A stretch of DNA of 64,000 nucleotides from Trueperaceae bacterium (lineage in GTDB: Bacteria > Deinococcota > Deinococci > Deinococcales > Trueperaceae): contig JBOFGY010000135.1 in assembly GCA_051649365.1 (NCBI GenBank), positions 9,842-73,841 on the forward strand, written 5' to 3'. The position numbers and the translations under genes are program-made. This document shows positions 45,230-53,730 of the stretch, piece by piece. Numbering within the stretch: the first letter of the stretch is position 1; every line of letters starts with the position of its first letter. A model generated the notes under the pieces. That model had not been told where the DNA came from, ran no database searches, and saw only the letters and a program-made list of their open reading frames with translations.

Positions 45230-45691
45230 ATGGGTTATCTCAGCGATTTGCGGAAACTTGTTGGCTCTATACCCCTTATTGTTGCAGGTGCGTCGGTTGT
45301 TGTGATGGACGAACAAAATCGTGTGCTGCTAGGTCGGCGTTCAGATAATGGTTTTTGGTCTCCGCCTGCTGGCTCGAGTGAACTAGGTGAATCCCTCGAG
45401 CAAACTGCCAGGCGTGAACTTTTTGAAGAAACAGGACTCGAGGCTGGAAACCTAGAGTTACTAACTATATTTTCAGGTGTGGAGTTTTTTTACCAGTATC
45501 CACACGGTGACCAAATTTATAACGTTGCTGCCGCTTATTTGACAAGGGATGTGCGCGGTTCTCTCATGGCTGATGGTATAGAAACAAGAGAGCTTCGTTA
45601 TTTTCATCTTCAGGATTTGCCGATGGAAAATGGCCCGATTGAGCGGGCCCTGTTTCGGTTATTGCAAGAAAAGTTTGCTACTCGAGATTAA
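45230..45691 (+). CDS. NUDIX hydrolase
   Basis: The Nudix box GSSELGESLEQTARRELFEETGL fits GX5EX7REUXEEXGU. Confidence 0.85.
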   Translation: MGYLSDLRKLVGSIPLIVAGASVVVMDEQNRVLLGRRSDNGFWSPPAGSSELGESLEQTARRELFEETGLEAGNLELLTIFSGVEFFYQYPHGDQIYNVAAAYLTRDVRGSLMADGIETRELRYFHLQDLPMENGPIERALFRLLQEKFATRD

Positions 45692-45751
45692 TACTTAACG
45701 CTGGCTCGAGTTCAGCGATACTCACTTCAAATCGTTTTGCGAATTTCATCA

Positions 45752-46051
45752 TTAAACGTACTTGTCACCGCGCACGACTTCAACATCTGTAACATAAGCA
45801 ATCAGTGCGTAGTTTGTAAAATAGCGTTTTGCTAAGTGCTCTAAAATTTTATCTGCTACGGCTGCACTCACCACCGTTTCAACTTTGAGATTGCTCTCAA
45901 TATCACTGCTGCGTAAGCCGCGTGTGCCTTCACCGCGCACGTCGCTGATGGTGTAGCCTTTGGCACCAAGGCGTTTGAGGTCGGCGAGCAGGAAATGCTC
46001 GAGCACGGCCTCGGCGATAATGGTGACGAGTTTGAGCGTTACGGTCTGCAT
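45752..46051 (-). CDS. sbtB: PII-like signalling protein, SbtB-type
   Basis: 99 aa. KLVTIIAEAVL...GAKGYTISDVRGEGTRGLRSSDIESNLKVE...KRYFTNYALIAYV is collinear with my recollection of cyanobacterial SbtB. It lies directly downstream of the SbtA-like permease. Confidence 0.65.
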   Translation of the reverse strand: MQTVTLKLVTIIAEAVLEHFLLADLKRLGAKGYTISDVRGEGTRGLRSSDIESNLKVETVVSAAVADKILEHLAKRYFTNYALIAYVTDVEVVRGDKYV

Positions 46052-46060
46052 GGGAAACCT

Positions 46061-46095
46061 GTAAAGAGTAAAGAGTGAAGAGTGAAGAGTGAAAA
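46061..46095. repeat. heptanucleotide array between the sbtA-like and sbtB-like genes
   Basis: GTAAAGA GTAAAGA GTGAAGA GTGAAGA GTGAAAA. Confidence 0.8.
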
Positions 46096-46098
46096 CAT

Positions 46099-47079
46099 TT
46101 AGACTCCGTAGATGCGCTTGGCGAGTTCGTACATTAGGGGAATGCCGATGGTTAAGTTAAACGGAAAAGTGATGGCGAGTGAGGCAGTTAGATAATAACT
46201 TGGATTAGCTTGGGGCAGTGCGATTCTCACGGCGGCAGGGGCTGCGATATAAGACGCGCTGGCTGCAAGAACTGCGAGAATCGTTGCGCCGCCCATGCTA
46301 AGCCCTGCAAACTTGCCGGCAAAGAGTCCAATAACACCATGAAGAATTGGCATAAAGATACCAAATGCGAGTAAGAATCTCCCTGCTTTGCGAAGGTCAG
46401 CAAAACGTTTTGCTGTAACCATACCCAGTTCGAGTAAAAACAGGGTTAGTGCGCCACGAAAGGGGTCAGCAAAAAAAGGTGCTACGGGTTCAAAGCCTTC
46501 TTTGCCTGCGAGTAACCCCATGAGGACACCACCCACCAAAAGCAAAATACTTCGCCCCGCTAAAATTTCGTGCAGGACTTCTCCCCAGGGTGCGCCTTCG
46601 CCAGTTTCTTTGGCAAGTGAGCGGTTGGCAATCACGAGCGCAATTAAGATAGCAGGAATCTCGAGCAGCGCAACAAGTGTGGGCATAAAACCTTCAAAGC
46701 TCGCGCCGGCATTGCTTAAAAAGTTTTGCACGGCAATAAACGTAACCGCAGAGACTGAGCCGTAATGTGCAGCGAGTGCGGCGGCGTTCGCTACATCTAG
46801 GCCTCCAAATTTCCTTGCTACAAAATAACTCCAGAAAGGAATAACGCAGCCAAGCACGAGTGTGGCAAGTGCAGATTTCCAAAAAATACTAAACGGTGTT
46901 TGTGAAAGCTCTACACCGCCTTTAAGCCCAATCGCCAGGAGCAGATAGATAGATAGAGTTGTGTAAAGTTCTGCGGGAAGTTTGAGGTCACTCTTGACGA
47001 GCGTAGCGACAATGCCGAGTGCGAACGCGAGCACGACAGGGGAGAAGAGATTGAGGCGGAGGAGTTCTAGGGTGTCCAT
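46099..47079 (-). CDS. sbtA: sodium-dependent bicarbonate transport family permease (SbtA-like, DUF897)
   Basis: 326 aa and about 10 TM. Two-repeat architecture with LLLAIGLKGG and LLELGMV motifs. Paired with a PII-like gene. Confidence 0.6.
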   Translation of the reverse strand: MDTLELLRLNLFSPVVLAFALGIVATLVKSDLKLPAELYTTLSIYLLLAIGLKGGVELSQTPFSIFWKSALATLVLGCVIPFWSYFVARKFGGLDVANAAALAAHYGSVSAVTFIAVQNFLSNAGASFEGFMPTLVALLEIPAILIALVIANRSLAKETGEGAPWGEVLHEILAGRSILLLVGGVLMGLLAGKEGFEPVAPFFADPFRGALTLFLLELGMVTAKRFADLRKAGRFLLAFGIFMPILHGVIGLFAGKFAGLSMGGATILAVLAASASYIAAPAAVRIALPQANPSYYLTASLAITFPFNLTIGIPLMYELAKRIYGV

Positions 47080-47082
47080 TCG

Positions 47083-48099
47083 CTAAATGGCCAGCACTTT
47101 GGCAATTTCATAAAGTTGCATGTCCATCTCTTTCTTCTTGCCAAACACTTCGGTGAGGGGTACGAAGACGGTGCCGCGTTTATCTACAGCGACCATTACG
47201 CCACTTTGTCCCTCGAGCAATCCCTCGACGGCCATATAGCCAAGGCGCGAGGCGAGTACGCGGTCGCGCGTGGACGGGCTGCCACCACGCTGCATGTGAC
47301 CCAAAATACTCGAGCGCACTTCGTAGCCACAACTGGCTTCGAGTTGTTTTTGCAAGGCTAGTGCGCCACCAGGATAGGCACCTTCAGCTACGACGATGAT
47401 GCTCGAGCTTTTACCGCGTTCCTTGGCGTTAATCACTTGCGCGACAATTTCTTCAGGTGGCATGTGCAGTTCGGGTAAGAGAATAACTTCAGCACCGCCG
47501 GCCACACCTACATTAAGGGCAATCTGCCCCGAGTGTCTGCCCATGACCTCGACCAGAAAAAGTCTGTCGTGGCTTGCGGCGGTATCGCGCAGGCGGTCAA
47601 TGGCCTCGAGGGCGATGTTCATGGCCGTGTTAAAACCAATCGAGACATCCGTGCCATAAATATCATTATCAATGGTGCCAGGAATGCCCACGACAGCGAT
47701 GCCATGCTCTTCGTGGAGTTTAGTAGCACCACGAAACGAGCCGTCACCCCCAATCACTATAAGCCCTTCGATACCACGTTTCTTGAGGTGTTGAGCGGCA
47801 ATAGCCCTGCCTTCGGGTTCGTAAAAAGCCATACAGCGAGCCGTTTTGAGAATCGTACCGCCACGCTGAATAATGTTGGCAACGCTGCGCGGCCCGAGTT
47901 CCTCGATAGTGTCATCAATGAGTCCCTGATAGCCGCGGTAAGAGGCGGAAACACGCAGACCTTCGTAAATGGCTGTACGAACCACGGCGCGGATGGCAGC
48001 GTTCATTCCTGGAGCATCGCCTCCACTGGTGAGTACAGCAATATGGTTAGGGTTTTTTCGTTTGGAAGAGGATTTTTTAGAGGCAGCCTTCGCAGTCAT
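47083..48099 (-). CDS. pfkA: ATP-dependent 6-phosphofructokinase
   Basis: IAVLTSGGDAPGMNAAIRAVVR, GGDGS, PGTIDND and MGR motifs. Confidence 0.95.
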   Translation of the reverse strand: MTAKAASKKSSSKRKNPNHIAVLTSGGDAPGMNAAIRAVVRTAIYEGLRVSASYRGYQGLIDDTIEELGPRSVANIIQRGGTILKTARCMAFYEPEGRAIAAQHLKKRGIEGLIVIGGDGSFRGATKLHEEHGIAVVGIPGTIDNDIYGTDVSIGFNTAMNIALEAIDRLRDTAASHDRLFLVEVMGRHSGQIALNVGVAGGAEVILLPELHMPPEEIVAQVINAKERGKSSSIIVVAEGAYPGGALALQKQLEASCGYEVRSSILGHMQRGGSPSTRDRVLASRLGYMAVEGLLEGQSGVMVAVDKRGTVFVPLTEVFGKKKEMDMQLYEIAKVLAI

Positions 48100-48216
48100 A
48101 GGGCAATAGTATAACTAAACAAAGTTAGGTCGTTCTTGCTTGGAAAGCGTCACGGACGAGGTTCAGCTCTTTTCATCAAGGACAAAGATGAGGGAAGAGG
48201 GACACGCTATTTTTAT

Positions 48217-48249
48217 TTGCAGACTAAAAACCAAAAGTCTGCAATTTTT
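48217..48249 (+). terminator. orphan terminator-like hairpin in the pfkA / 48393 divergent region
   Basis: TTGCAGACT-AAAAACCAAA-AGTCTGCAA followed by TTTTT. No + strand gene lies upstream. Confidence 0.5.
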
Positions 48250-48301
48250 AGGTTTTTAGCATTTAGCTTTCGGCTTTAAGCTATTCGGGTTATACATCTT
48301 G

Positions 48302-48328
48302 GTTTCGCCTTACGAAACAAATCTTTTT
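48302..48328 (+). terminator. second terminator-like hairpin in the same leader
   Basis: GTTTCG-CCTTA-CGAAAC followed by AAATCTTTTT. Confidence 0.35.
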
Positions 48329-48392
48329 AGTACTATACACTTTCGTACTACATTGGACTCCTACTAAATCATGTGATGCAAGTGAATGACAG

Positions 48393-49358
48393 ATGTGGAT
48401 TCTTAGAGTAAAATGGCACATTATGCCCTTATTCCCTTCTCATCTATTCCGCTTTCCTAAAAAGGAGCGACCTCCGCTTTCAAACCTTCTTCCCTTGAAA
48501 AAACTGAACGCGTCTGCTCCTATAGATACATCCTTTCAAGACCTTGTTGATAGTCTCGAGACTGCCCTACCCACCGATGCTAGCCTGCATCCAGCCATGC
48601 TAAAACTATCCCGCTACCTCGAGAAGCAGCCTGAAGCCCTCTTTACCCTTCAACGTAATTACGACAAGGCAGTGCAAACCCTACATACGCTCAAAGGGTA
48701 TTCAAAGCAATCCGTTTCGCACACACCGCAACCCGCCCAAGAGCAGCTTCGTTATGTGCAAAATTTTGTCACGACCCTCGAGCAGCAGTGGCAAGACCTC
48801 GAGCGCGAACTCGCAGCCTTGCCTGATAAAGTTATGGCTCTGCGGGGTTTGTTACACAACCTTAAGGCCTCCTACCGAGGTCATCCAGATTATCCCGCAC
48901 CCGAAGCGGTTTTTCGGTATCTCGAGGGAGACCTTGATGACCTTAACGTGAGGCTGCAAGGCAAAGACCTAGTCTCAGTGTTGGGTGCCTTTGAAATCTT
49001 ACAAGCACAGTTCACGCTCGTCAAAGAAAGCCTCAAGGTTTTAATGGGGGCAGATAGCCACCTAGACAGCCTGGAATCCCAGTTACCCCATTGGCAAGTA
49101 CGCGGCTTTGACCTACAACACTTTACCGAGCGTATTCCTGACGTGCGCCAAGACCTGGTGATTGCCTTAGGGCTTATTAAACAAGGCGAATATAAAGTGT
49201 TAGATGCTCAAGTAGACGCTGTGCTCGAGCATGTTGGTGAACTCTTAGAAGGCGTGCGCCAACTCCTAGAAGGGGAGAGCCTGACGACCTCGAGGACGCT
49301 CTCGCCTTTAGAAGAAACAACGCTGACGAGCACTACTAGTTTAGACGAAAATCTCTGA
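48393..49358 (+). CDS. hypothetical, predicted helical / coiled-coil protein
   Basis: 321-aa ORF rich in Leu/Glu/Gln heptad-like stretches. No family recognised. Start uncertain (alternative ATG 48423). Confidence 0.45.
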   Translation: MWILRVKWHIMPLFPSHLFRFPKKERPPLSNLLPLKKLNASAPIDTSFQDLVDSLETALPTDASLHPAMLKLSRYLEKQPEALFTLQRNYDKAVQTLHTLKGYSKQSVSHTPQPAQEQLRYVQNFVTTLEQQWQDLERELAALPDKVMALRGLLHNLKASYRGHPDYPAPEAVFRYLEGDLDDLNVRLQGKDLVSVLGAFEILQAQFTLVKESLKVLMGADSHLDSLESQLPHWQVRGFDLQHFTERIPDVRQDLVIALGLIKQGEYKVLDAQVDAVLEHVGELLEGVRQLLEGESLTTSRTLSPLEETTLTSTTSLDENL

Positions 49359-49417
49359 GGTAAGTCAATGTGAGATGTAAAACGTAAAACGTGAAATTTA
49401 ACAACGACATTTACCTT

Positions 49418-49966
49418 TCACCTCTTATGCTCTACGCCTTCGTCTTTCTCAACTGGTTTGTCTTTCTCAACCGACCAAAACATAAACCCTAAAGCCTCAA
49501 TACCTGTGCTATCAGCATGACCCCATAGTCCGACGATGGTGCCTTGCCACAGCCCATTCTTTTGATGGAGGCTAAGCTGAAAATGTGTATCGCCACCTTT
49601 ACCACCAAAGGTGTCAGATTGACTGCCGTCGCGGTAGTGAAAGCGCAAAGTGTCGAGATACCAACCACTCGAGCCACTAAGTCCACTTAAACTACTGAGT
49701 CCACCTAGACCACTGAGTCCACTTAGACCACTGAGTCCAGCAAAGCTTTGCCAGGTATCTTTAGCTGCGCCAATACTGCAATGGTTTGTTTCATTGTCTT
49801 CATTGACGTACTCGAGCTTAAGCCCGTGAATAAGATGCGTCGCTGCAATATGCAACGTTGTAAGTTTGCAGTTTTCAGGTACCTGACAAATAAAACGTTT
49901 TCCTATGGGCTCTGGTGTACCGACAAGCGCAGAAAAGTGTAAGTCATTAGGACCAGGGCGAGTCAT
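49418..49966 (-). CDS. hypothetical protein with a jacalin-like lectin signature and a (GLS)n insert
   Basis: TFGGKGGDTHF and IVGLWGHADSTGIEALGFMF resemble jacalin-like domains. The central insert reads AGLSGLSGLSGLGGLSSLSGLSGSSG. Confidence 0.4.
   Translation of the reverse strand: MTRPGPNDLHFSALVGTPEPIGKRFICQVPENCKLTTLHIAATHLIHGLKLEYVNEDNETNHCSIGAAKDTWQSFAGLSGLSGLSGLGGLSSLSGLSGSSGWYLDTLRFHYRDGSQSDTFGGKGGDTHFQLSLHQKNGLWQGTIVGLWGHADSTGIEALGFMFWSVEKDKPVEKDEGVEHKR
49664..49735. repeat. in-frame 9-nt tandem repeat x8
   Basis: CCACTCGAG CCACTAAGT CCACTTAAA CTACTGAGT CCACCTAGA CCACTGAGT CCACTTAGA CCACTGAGT encodes Gly-Leu-Ser repeats on the minus strand. Confidence 0.85.
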
Positions 49967-50041
49967 GGTGAAGATAGTAACCCAAAATAGGTAGATAGCA
50001 GAGGGCGAGTGTGCTTAAACTTAAAAGCTTAGCTCTGTGCC

Positions 50042-51715
50042 TTAAGCCTCTGACTTAGCTATCTCGTGCAGGATGCGCCACAGTAAATCAGGTAATACCT
50101 CAAACGCATAGGGCATGTGAACCCGCTCGAGCCTCTGATGATAATCCTTGCCCCACGGCCCGACGTTGACAATTGGACAACTGAGTTTATTCTCTACAAC
50201 TGTTTGCAAAACAGGCATATGTGAAGCTACAAACCCTTGTGCGTCGTGACCGTCTGTCGGACAGAAAAAACTCATGTCTGAAATGCCATCAAAAAACGGA
50301 CGAATTGAAATAGGATAGGGTGTTGCCTTGATCTCACCCTTGATGATATCAAGCAACGCTGAATCCTCTACTGTGTCACACTCTGACCTCGAGTAATACG
50401 GTGGCGCGAAACCAATTACCGCGGCGGGTCCCTCGAGCGAGGCGAGTTTGACAAGTTCTTGTGTGATGGCGTTGCAACGGTCAACCACTTCGGCGTTGGG
50501 AAGGGTCTCGCGTAAAATTTTTTCTACACTTTTTGCATTCACTGCTTTCGCTCGCGCTAATAAATCTGCAAAGGTAATAACGGTGGGTGTAAGTTGAAAA
50601 TTTATTTTTATATCGGTTCGCTCTACAAAACCTTTCGCGCGTCCAGTAAGTTTTTGTAGGGTGGACTCGAGACTTTCTTTTGCAAGTGTTTGAAACATTT
50701 CTAAAACGTCTTGCGGTGTGCGGTGGTGCGTGAGGACATTGACGGCGCAGAAGCTCGAGGCAGGTGTAGTCACGTCGTAGTGTGTTCGGTTGTCGCGTTG
50801 ATAGAGAACAGTAGGCGGTGCTGGATAATCTTTTCTTCCTGCTGCGTCTCCATACATCGGATTAGACTCGAGTCTCGAAACAAATTCGGATGCAAGCAAA
50901 GCCGGGTTCACACCATCAAACGGCGCACCTACATGTGTCGGGCGACCCACAAACAAAACGAAGGGCAGAAGTTTTCCAACACTGCCCAAAAAGATTGCTG
51001 CCTCGGCAGAAACATCTAGGTTGATGGCTAGCTCGAGCCGGAGTTCAAACTTTTTACAAACCTCTGGCAACTGTTGCACTACAGATTTCATGCCATGTGA
51101 GGCGACTTCTTCATCAGGCACAGTGATAAATAAAAGATTGCCCGGTGGATTGGGGAGCTTACTCCATTCCTCGAGTAACGCTAGCCCAACGGCTAAACCA
51201 CTTTTCATATCGAGCATTCCGCGTCCCGGTAAAAAATCACCGGATTCAAATTCTTGCAAGGCTTGTGGATTCGTTCCACTTTTTCGTAAATCGGTGACGA
51301 GTTCAGCAAGAAGCTCGGTTGGTTTACAGGCAAACGGTTGGAGCATCCCGTAATTCTCTGTACTCACTGTATCAAAGTGACCTGTCAGAATAATTGTTTT
51401 TTCGCCTTTCCCTTTAACAAGCGCAAAGAGGCTCGAGCGTTCAAAGGTGTCATCCAACGTTTTCTCTGTCCAAACATGCTGCGGGTTTTTCTGGAAATAA
51501 TCCCAAGAAGATAAAACGTTTTTGAAGTGTGTCGCAAAGTTTTTTTCACCTTGGCTGTTGGTGATGCTGCCAAACTCCGTAAGTTGAATAGCAAGCTCTT
51601 TACTCCTACTAGAAAATATAGACATATAACGAGAGTATATAGGAGCAAGTGTGCCGCAGTCTAAATTTTTGAAGGATTCGGTTTTTTGATAAAAGAATTT
51701 ACGAAAGGAAAACAT
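50042..51715 (-). CDS. M20-family metallopeptidase, RocB-like
   Basis: 557 aa. ILTGHFDTV and VPDEEVASHG metal-site-like motifs. The size matches RocB-type proteins. The start may be internal (MSIFSS..., 51625). Confidence 0.55.
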   Translation of the reverse strand: MFSFRKFFYQKTESFKNLDCGTLAPIYSRYMSIFSSRSKELAIQLTEFGSITNSQGEKNFATHFKNVLSSWDYFQKNPQHVWTEKTLDDTFERSSLFALVKGKGEKTIILTGHFDTVSTENYGMLQPFACKPTELLAELVTDLRKSGTNPQALQEFESGDFLPGRGMLDMKSGLAVGLALLEEWSKLPNPPGNLLFITVPDEEVASHGMKSVVQQLPEVCKKFELRLELAINLDVSAEAAIFLGSVGKLLPFVLFVGRPTHVGAPFDGVNPALLASEFVSRLESNPMYGDAAGRKDYPAPPTVLYQRDNRTHYDVTTPASSFCAVNVLTHHRTPQDVLEMFQTLAKESLESTLQKLTGRAKGFVERTDIKINFQLTPTVITFADLLARAKAVNAKSVEKILRETLPNAEVVDRCNAITQELVKLASLEGPAAVIGFAPPYYSRSECDTVEDSALLDIIKGEIKATPYPISIRPFFDGISDMSFFCPTDGHDAQGFVASHMPVLQTVVENKLSCPIVNVGPWGKDYHQRLERVHMPYAFEVLPDLLWRILHEIAKSEA

Positions 51716-51783
51716 TCAAGTCTCGAGCTAAATCTTACAGCAGAGACCTTGGTGTTGGTAGTAGAATATTTCTTTAGATTTCT

Positions 51784-52584
51784 ATGGCGATTCTCGAGCT
51801 CGAGACTAAACCTTTTCACCGCATTCAGTTTATGAATGCTGGTAAACGTGGTGGCACAGTATCAGAAATGTTGCCGCTCTTGCGTGGGCGTGTAGACAAA
51901 CTCCCTGACGGTTTAGAAGCTCTTTTGCTCACAAGTGATTTACAAGGCGTTGTAAATGTCTGGCAACCCAGAGGCACACGTTTACTTGGTGAAGCACTAG
52001 CTACAGAATACGCCATGTTAGCAGAAGAAGGCACGGTCCCTTGGCCAGAAAAAACAGGCGTGATTCTAGCGGGTGACTTTTATTCTGCACCTGGCGGTGA
52101 CGAGCGGGGTGCCTCGGGCGATGTGCGCGCTGTATGGCAAGCGTTTGCAGAACGCTTTCGCTGGGTGGTTGGAGTGGAGGGAAATCATGATCGCTTTGGT
52201 ACGAGCAAAGAACGTGACGCACTGATGCGTCTTCCAAACGTTCATCTTTTAGAAAACGATGTTGTGAAGCTAGATAATATTGTGATAGCTGGTGTAAGTG
52301 GCATCATAGGTGACCCGAGCAAACCTGCACGCCGCGATGAAGTGGAGTTCGTGGCTGCGCTCGAGCTTGTCCTCGAAGAGTCTCCAGACATCTTGATTTT
52401 GCACCAAGGCCCCAACGGACATAAACAGCAGCGGGGTAGTGATTTGGTCAGAGAGATTTTGTTGCTTCAGCCTCCTAAACTCACTGTGTGCGGACACGTT
52501 CATTGGGAAGAACCGTTGGCGCGAATGGGTGAAGATAGTCAAGTGTTGAACGTGGATAGTCGGGCAGTTTTGCTGACCTTGTAG
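51784..52584 (+). CDS. calcineurin-like metallophosphoesterase
   Basis: LTSDLQG, LAGDFYS, GNHD, ILHQGP and GHVH motifs appear in the canonical order. Confidence 0.75.
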   Translation: MAILELETKPFHRIQFMNAGKRGGTVSEMLPLLRGRVDKLPDGLEALLLTSDLQGVVNVWQPRGTRLLGEALATEYAMLAEEGTVPWPEKTGVILAGDFYSAPGGDERGASGDVRAVWQAFAERFRWVVGVEGNHDRFGTSKERDALMRLPNVHLLENDVVKLDNIVIAGVSGIIGDPSKPARRDEVEFVAALELVLEESPDILILHQGPNGHKQQRGSDLVREILLLQPPKLTVCGHVHWEEPLARMGEDSQVLNVDSRAVLLTL

Positions 52585-52674
52585 AAGTGAGATGTTGCTC
52601 GAGGTGCTTACAAAGAATAATATATGATTAAAAATATTGCAGAATGAATTTCTAATCATTTCTTTGGGAGGAAA

Positions 52675-53439
52675 ATGCTAAACGATAGAAATAGAATAAA
52701 ATTTGCTTTCCTTCTCGAGAACTGGTCTTATAAAAAAGAGCAAAAGCCCAACACAGAGAATACCCGACGTGTAATGCCAGAAGAGTATACAGAGGATATG
52801 GATGGAATTTTATTTTGTCCGATATGTTTCACGAACCTTATCCGTGTGCCTAAATATAAAGAGATATCTTCCAACAAACGCAAACCATACTTTTCTCATT
52901 TACCTAAATACAGTGATATTCCGTGTGAATTGCGTTCAACCAAGCCAGAAGGGAGGAAGTACAACAATCAAGAAGAAGCTCTTCAAGCTATTGAAAACGA
53001 AGAGTTAGTAGTCATACATTCTTTTCAAGCTCATTGCCCAACTACGCCAAATAATTCCTCTAGCATTTATAACCAAACTGTTGTTGAGGATCAACAAGGT
53101 CCATTAACTGAAGTGCCAATATCAAGGCACATAGGAAAAACTTTTCGTTTGCCAAGCAGAATTTCTACAGTGAATAGTTTATGTAGGAATTTTGATAAAA
53201 ATTTGGATAGGTATTTTTGTTTTCCCACCAGACGCTCAGCTGTTTTGCTGTACTATGCTCTTACAGACATTAAACAGGTAAAGGAAACCAATGATGAACC
53301 AAAGCTTTATTTTGGAGTTATTAAAGAAATAGTTAGTTCTACTGAGAACCCTAAGCCCACTCACATCTTAATAACTAAGCTGGAATATCCATTTGGTGAA
53401 GTCTGGGATTTCTCAATCAAGGATACTCAAGAAAACTAA
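52675..53439 (+). CDS. hypothetical protein on an AT-rich island, with a CoiA-like N-terminal Cys motif
   Basis: GGGAGG lies 4 nt upstream of the ATG. FCPICFTNLIRVP...KPYFSHLPKYSDIPC resembles the CxxC...F.H...C motif at the N-terminus of CoiA-type proteins. The frame stays open for 49 codons past the TAA (to 53589). Confidence 0.5.
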   Translation: MLNDRNRIKFAFLLENWSYKKEQKPNTENTRRVMPEEYTEDMDGILFCPICFTNLIRVPKYKEISSNKRKPYFSHLPKYSDIPCELRSTKPEGRKYNNQEEALQAIENEELVVIHSFQAHCPTTPNNSSSIYNQTVVEDQQGPLTEVPISRHIGKTFRLPSRISTVNSLCRNFDKNLDRYFCFPTRRSAVLLYYALTDIKQVKETNDEPKLYFGVIKEIVSSTENPKPTHILITKLEYPFGEVWDFSIKDTQEN

Positions 53440-53730
53440 CTGGAAAAAGGTATTTCTAAAGATTCATTAGGTAGAGTTGTATTGTTCTGGGGGAAAATTG
53501 CTAAAAATTCTGGAGGTCTATGTATGAATAGACCTGGATGGGGAGAATATGCCTTACTTCCTGAAAAGTATAATCATCATTTGCTTTAGGTCAATTGCTG
53601 CCAACTCTTTCTCAACTTCTCAAACCGCTTATGTAACTCAGTAACCGCCACTTTAGAAATCAGCAACTGCTTCAGCCTTTCTATAAATCTCTTGTGTATG
53701 CGTGGATATTTGTTTGCCTAACGATTTGAG

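Noticed and set aside
47533-48114. 193-aa + strand ORF opposite pfkA
   Set aside because: It is an antisense shadow of a canonical 6-phosphofructokinase gene.
52600-53730. CTCGAG paucity used as proof that the AT-rich island is foreign
   Set aside because: Several native-looking stretches of 1-2 kb (for example 28,810-30,840) also lack the site. Site density alone is therefore not diagnostic, and the low GC is the stronger argument.
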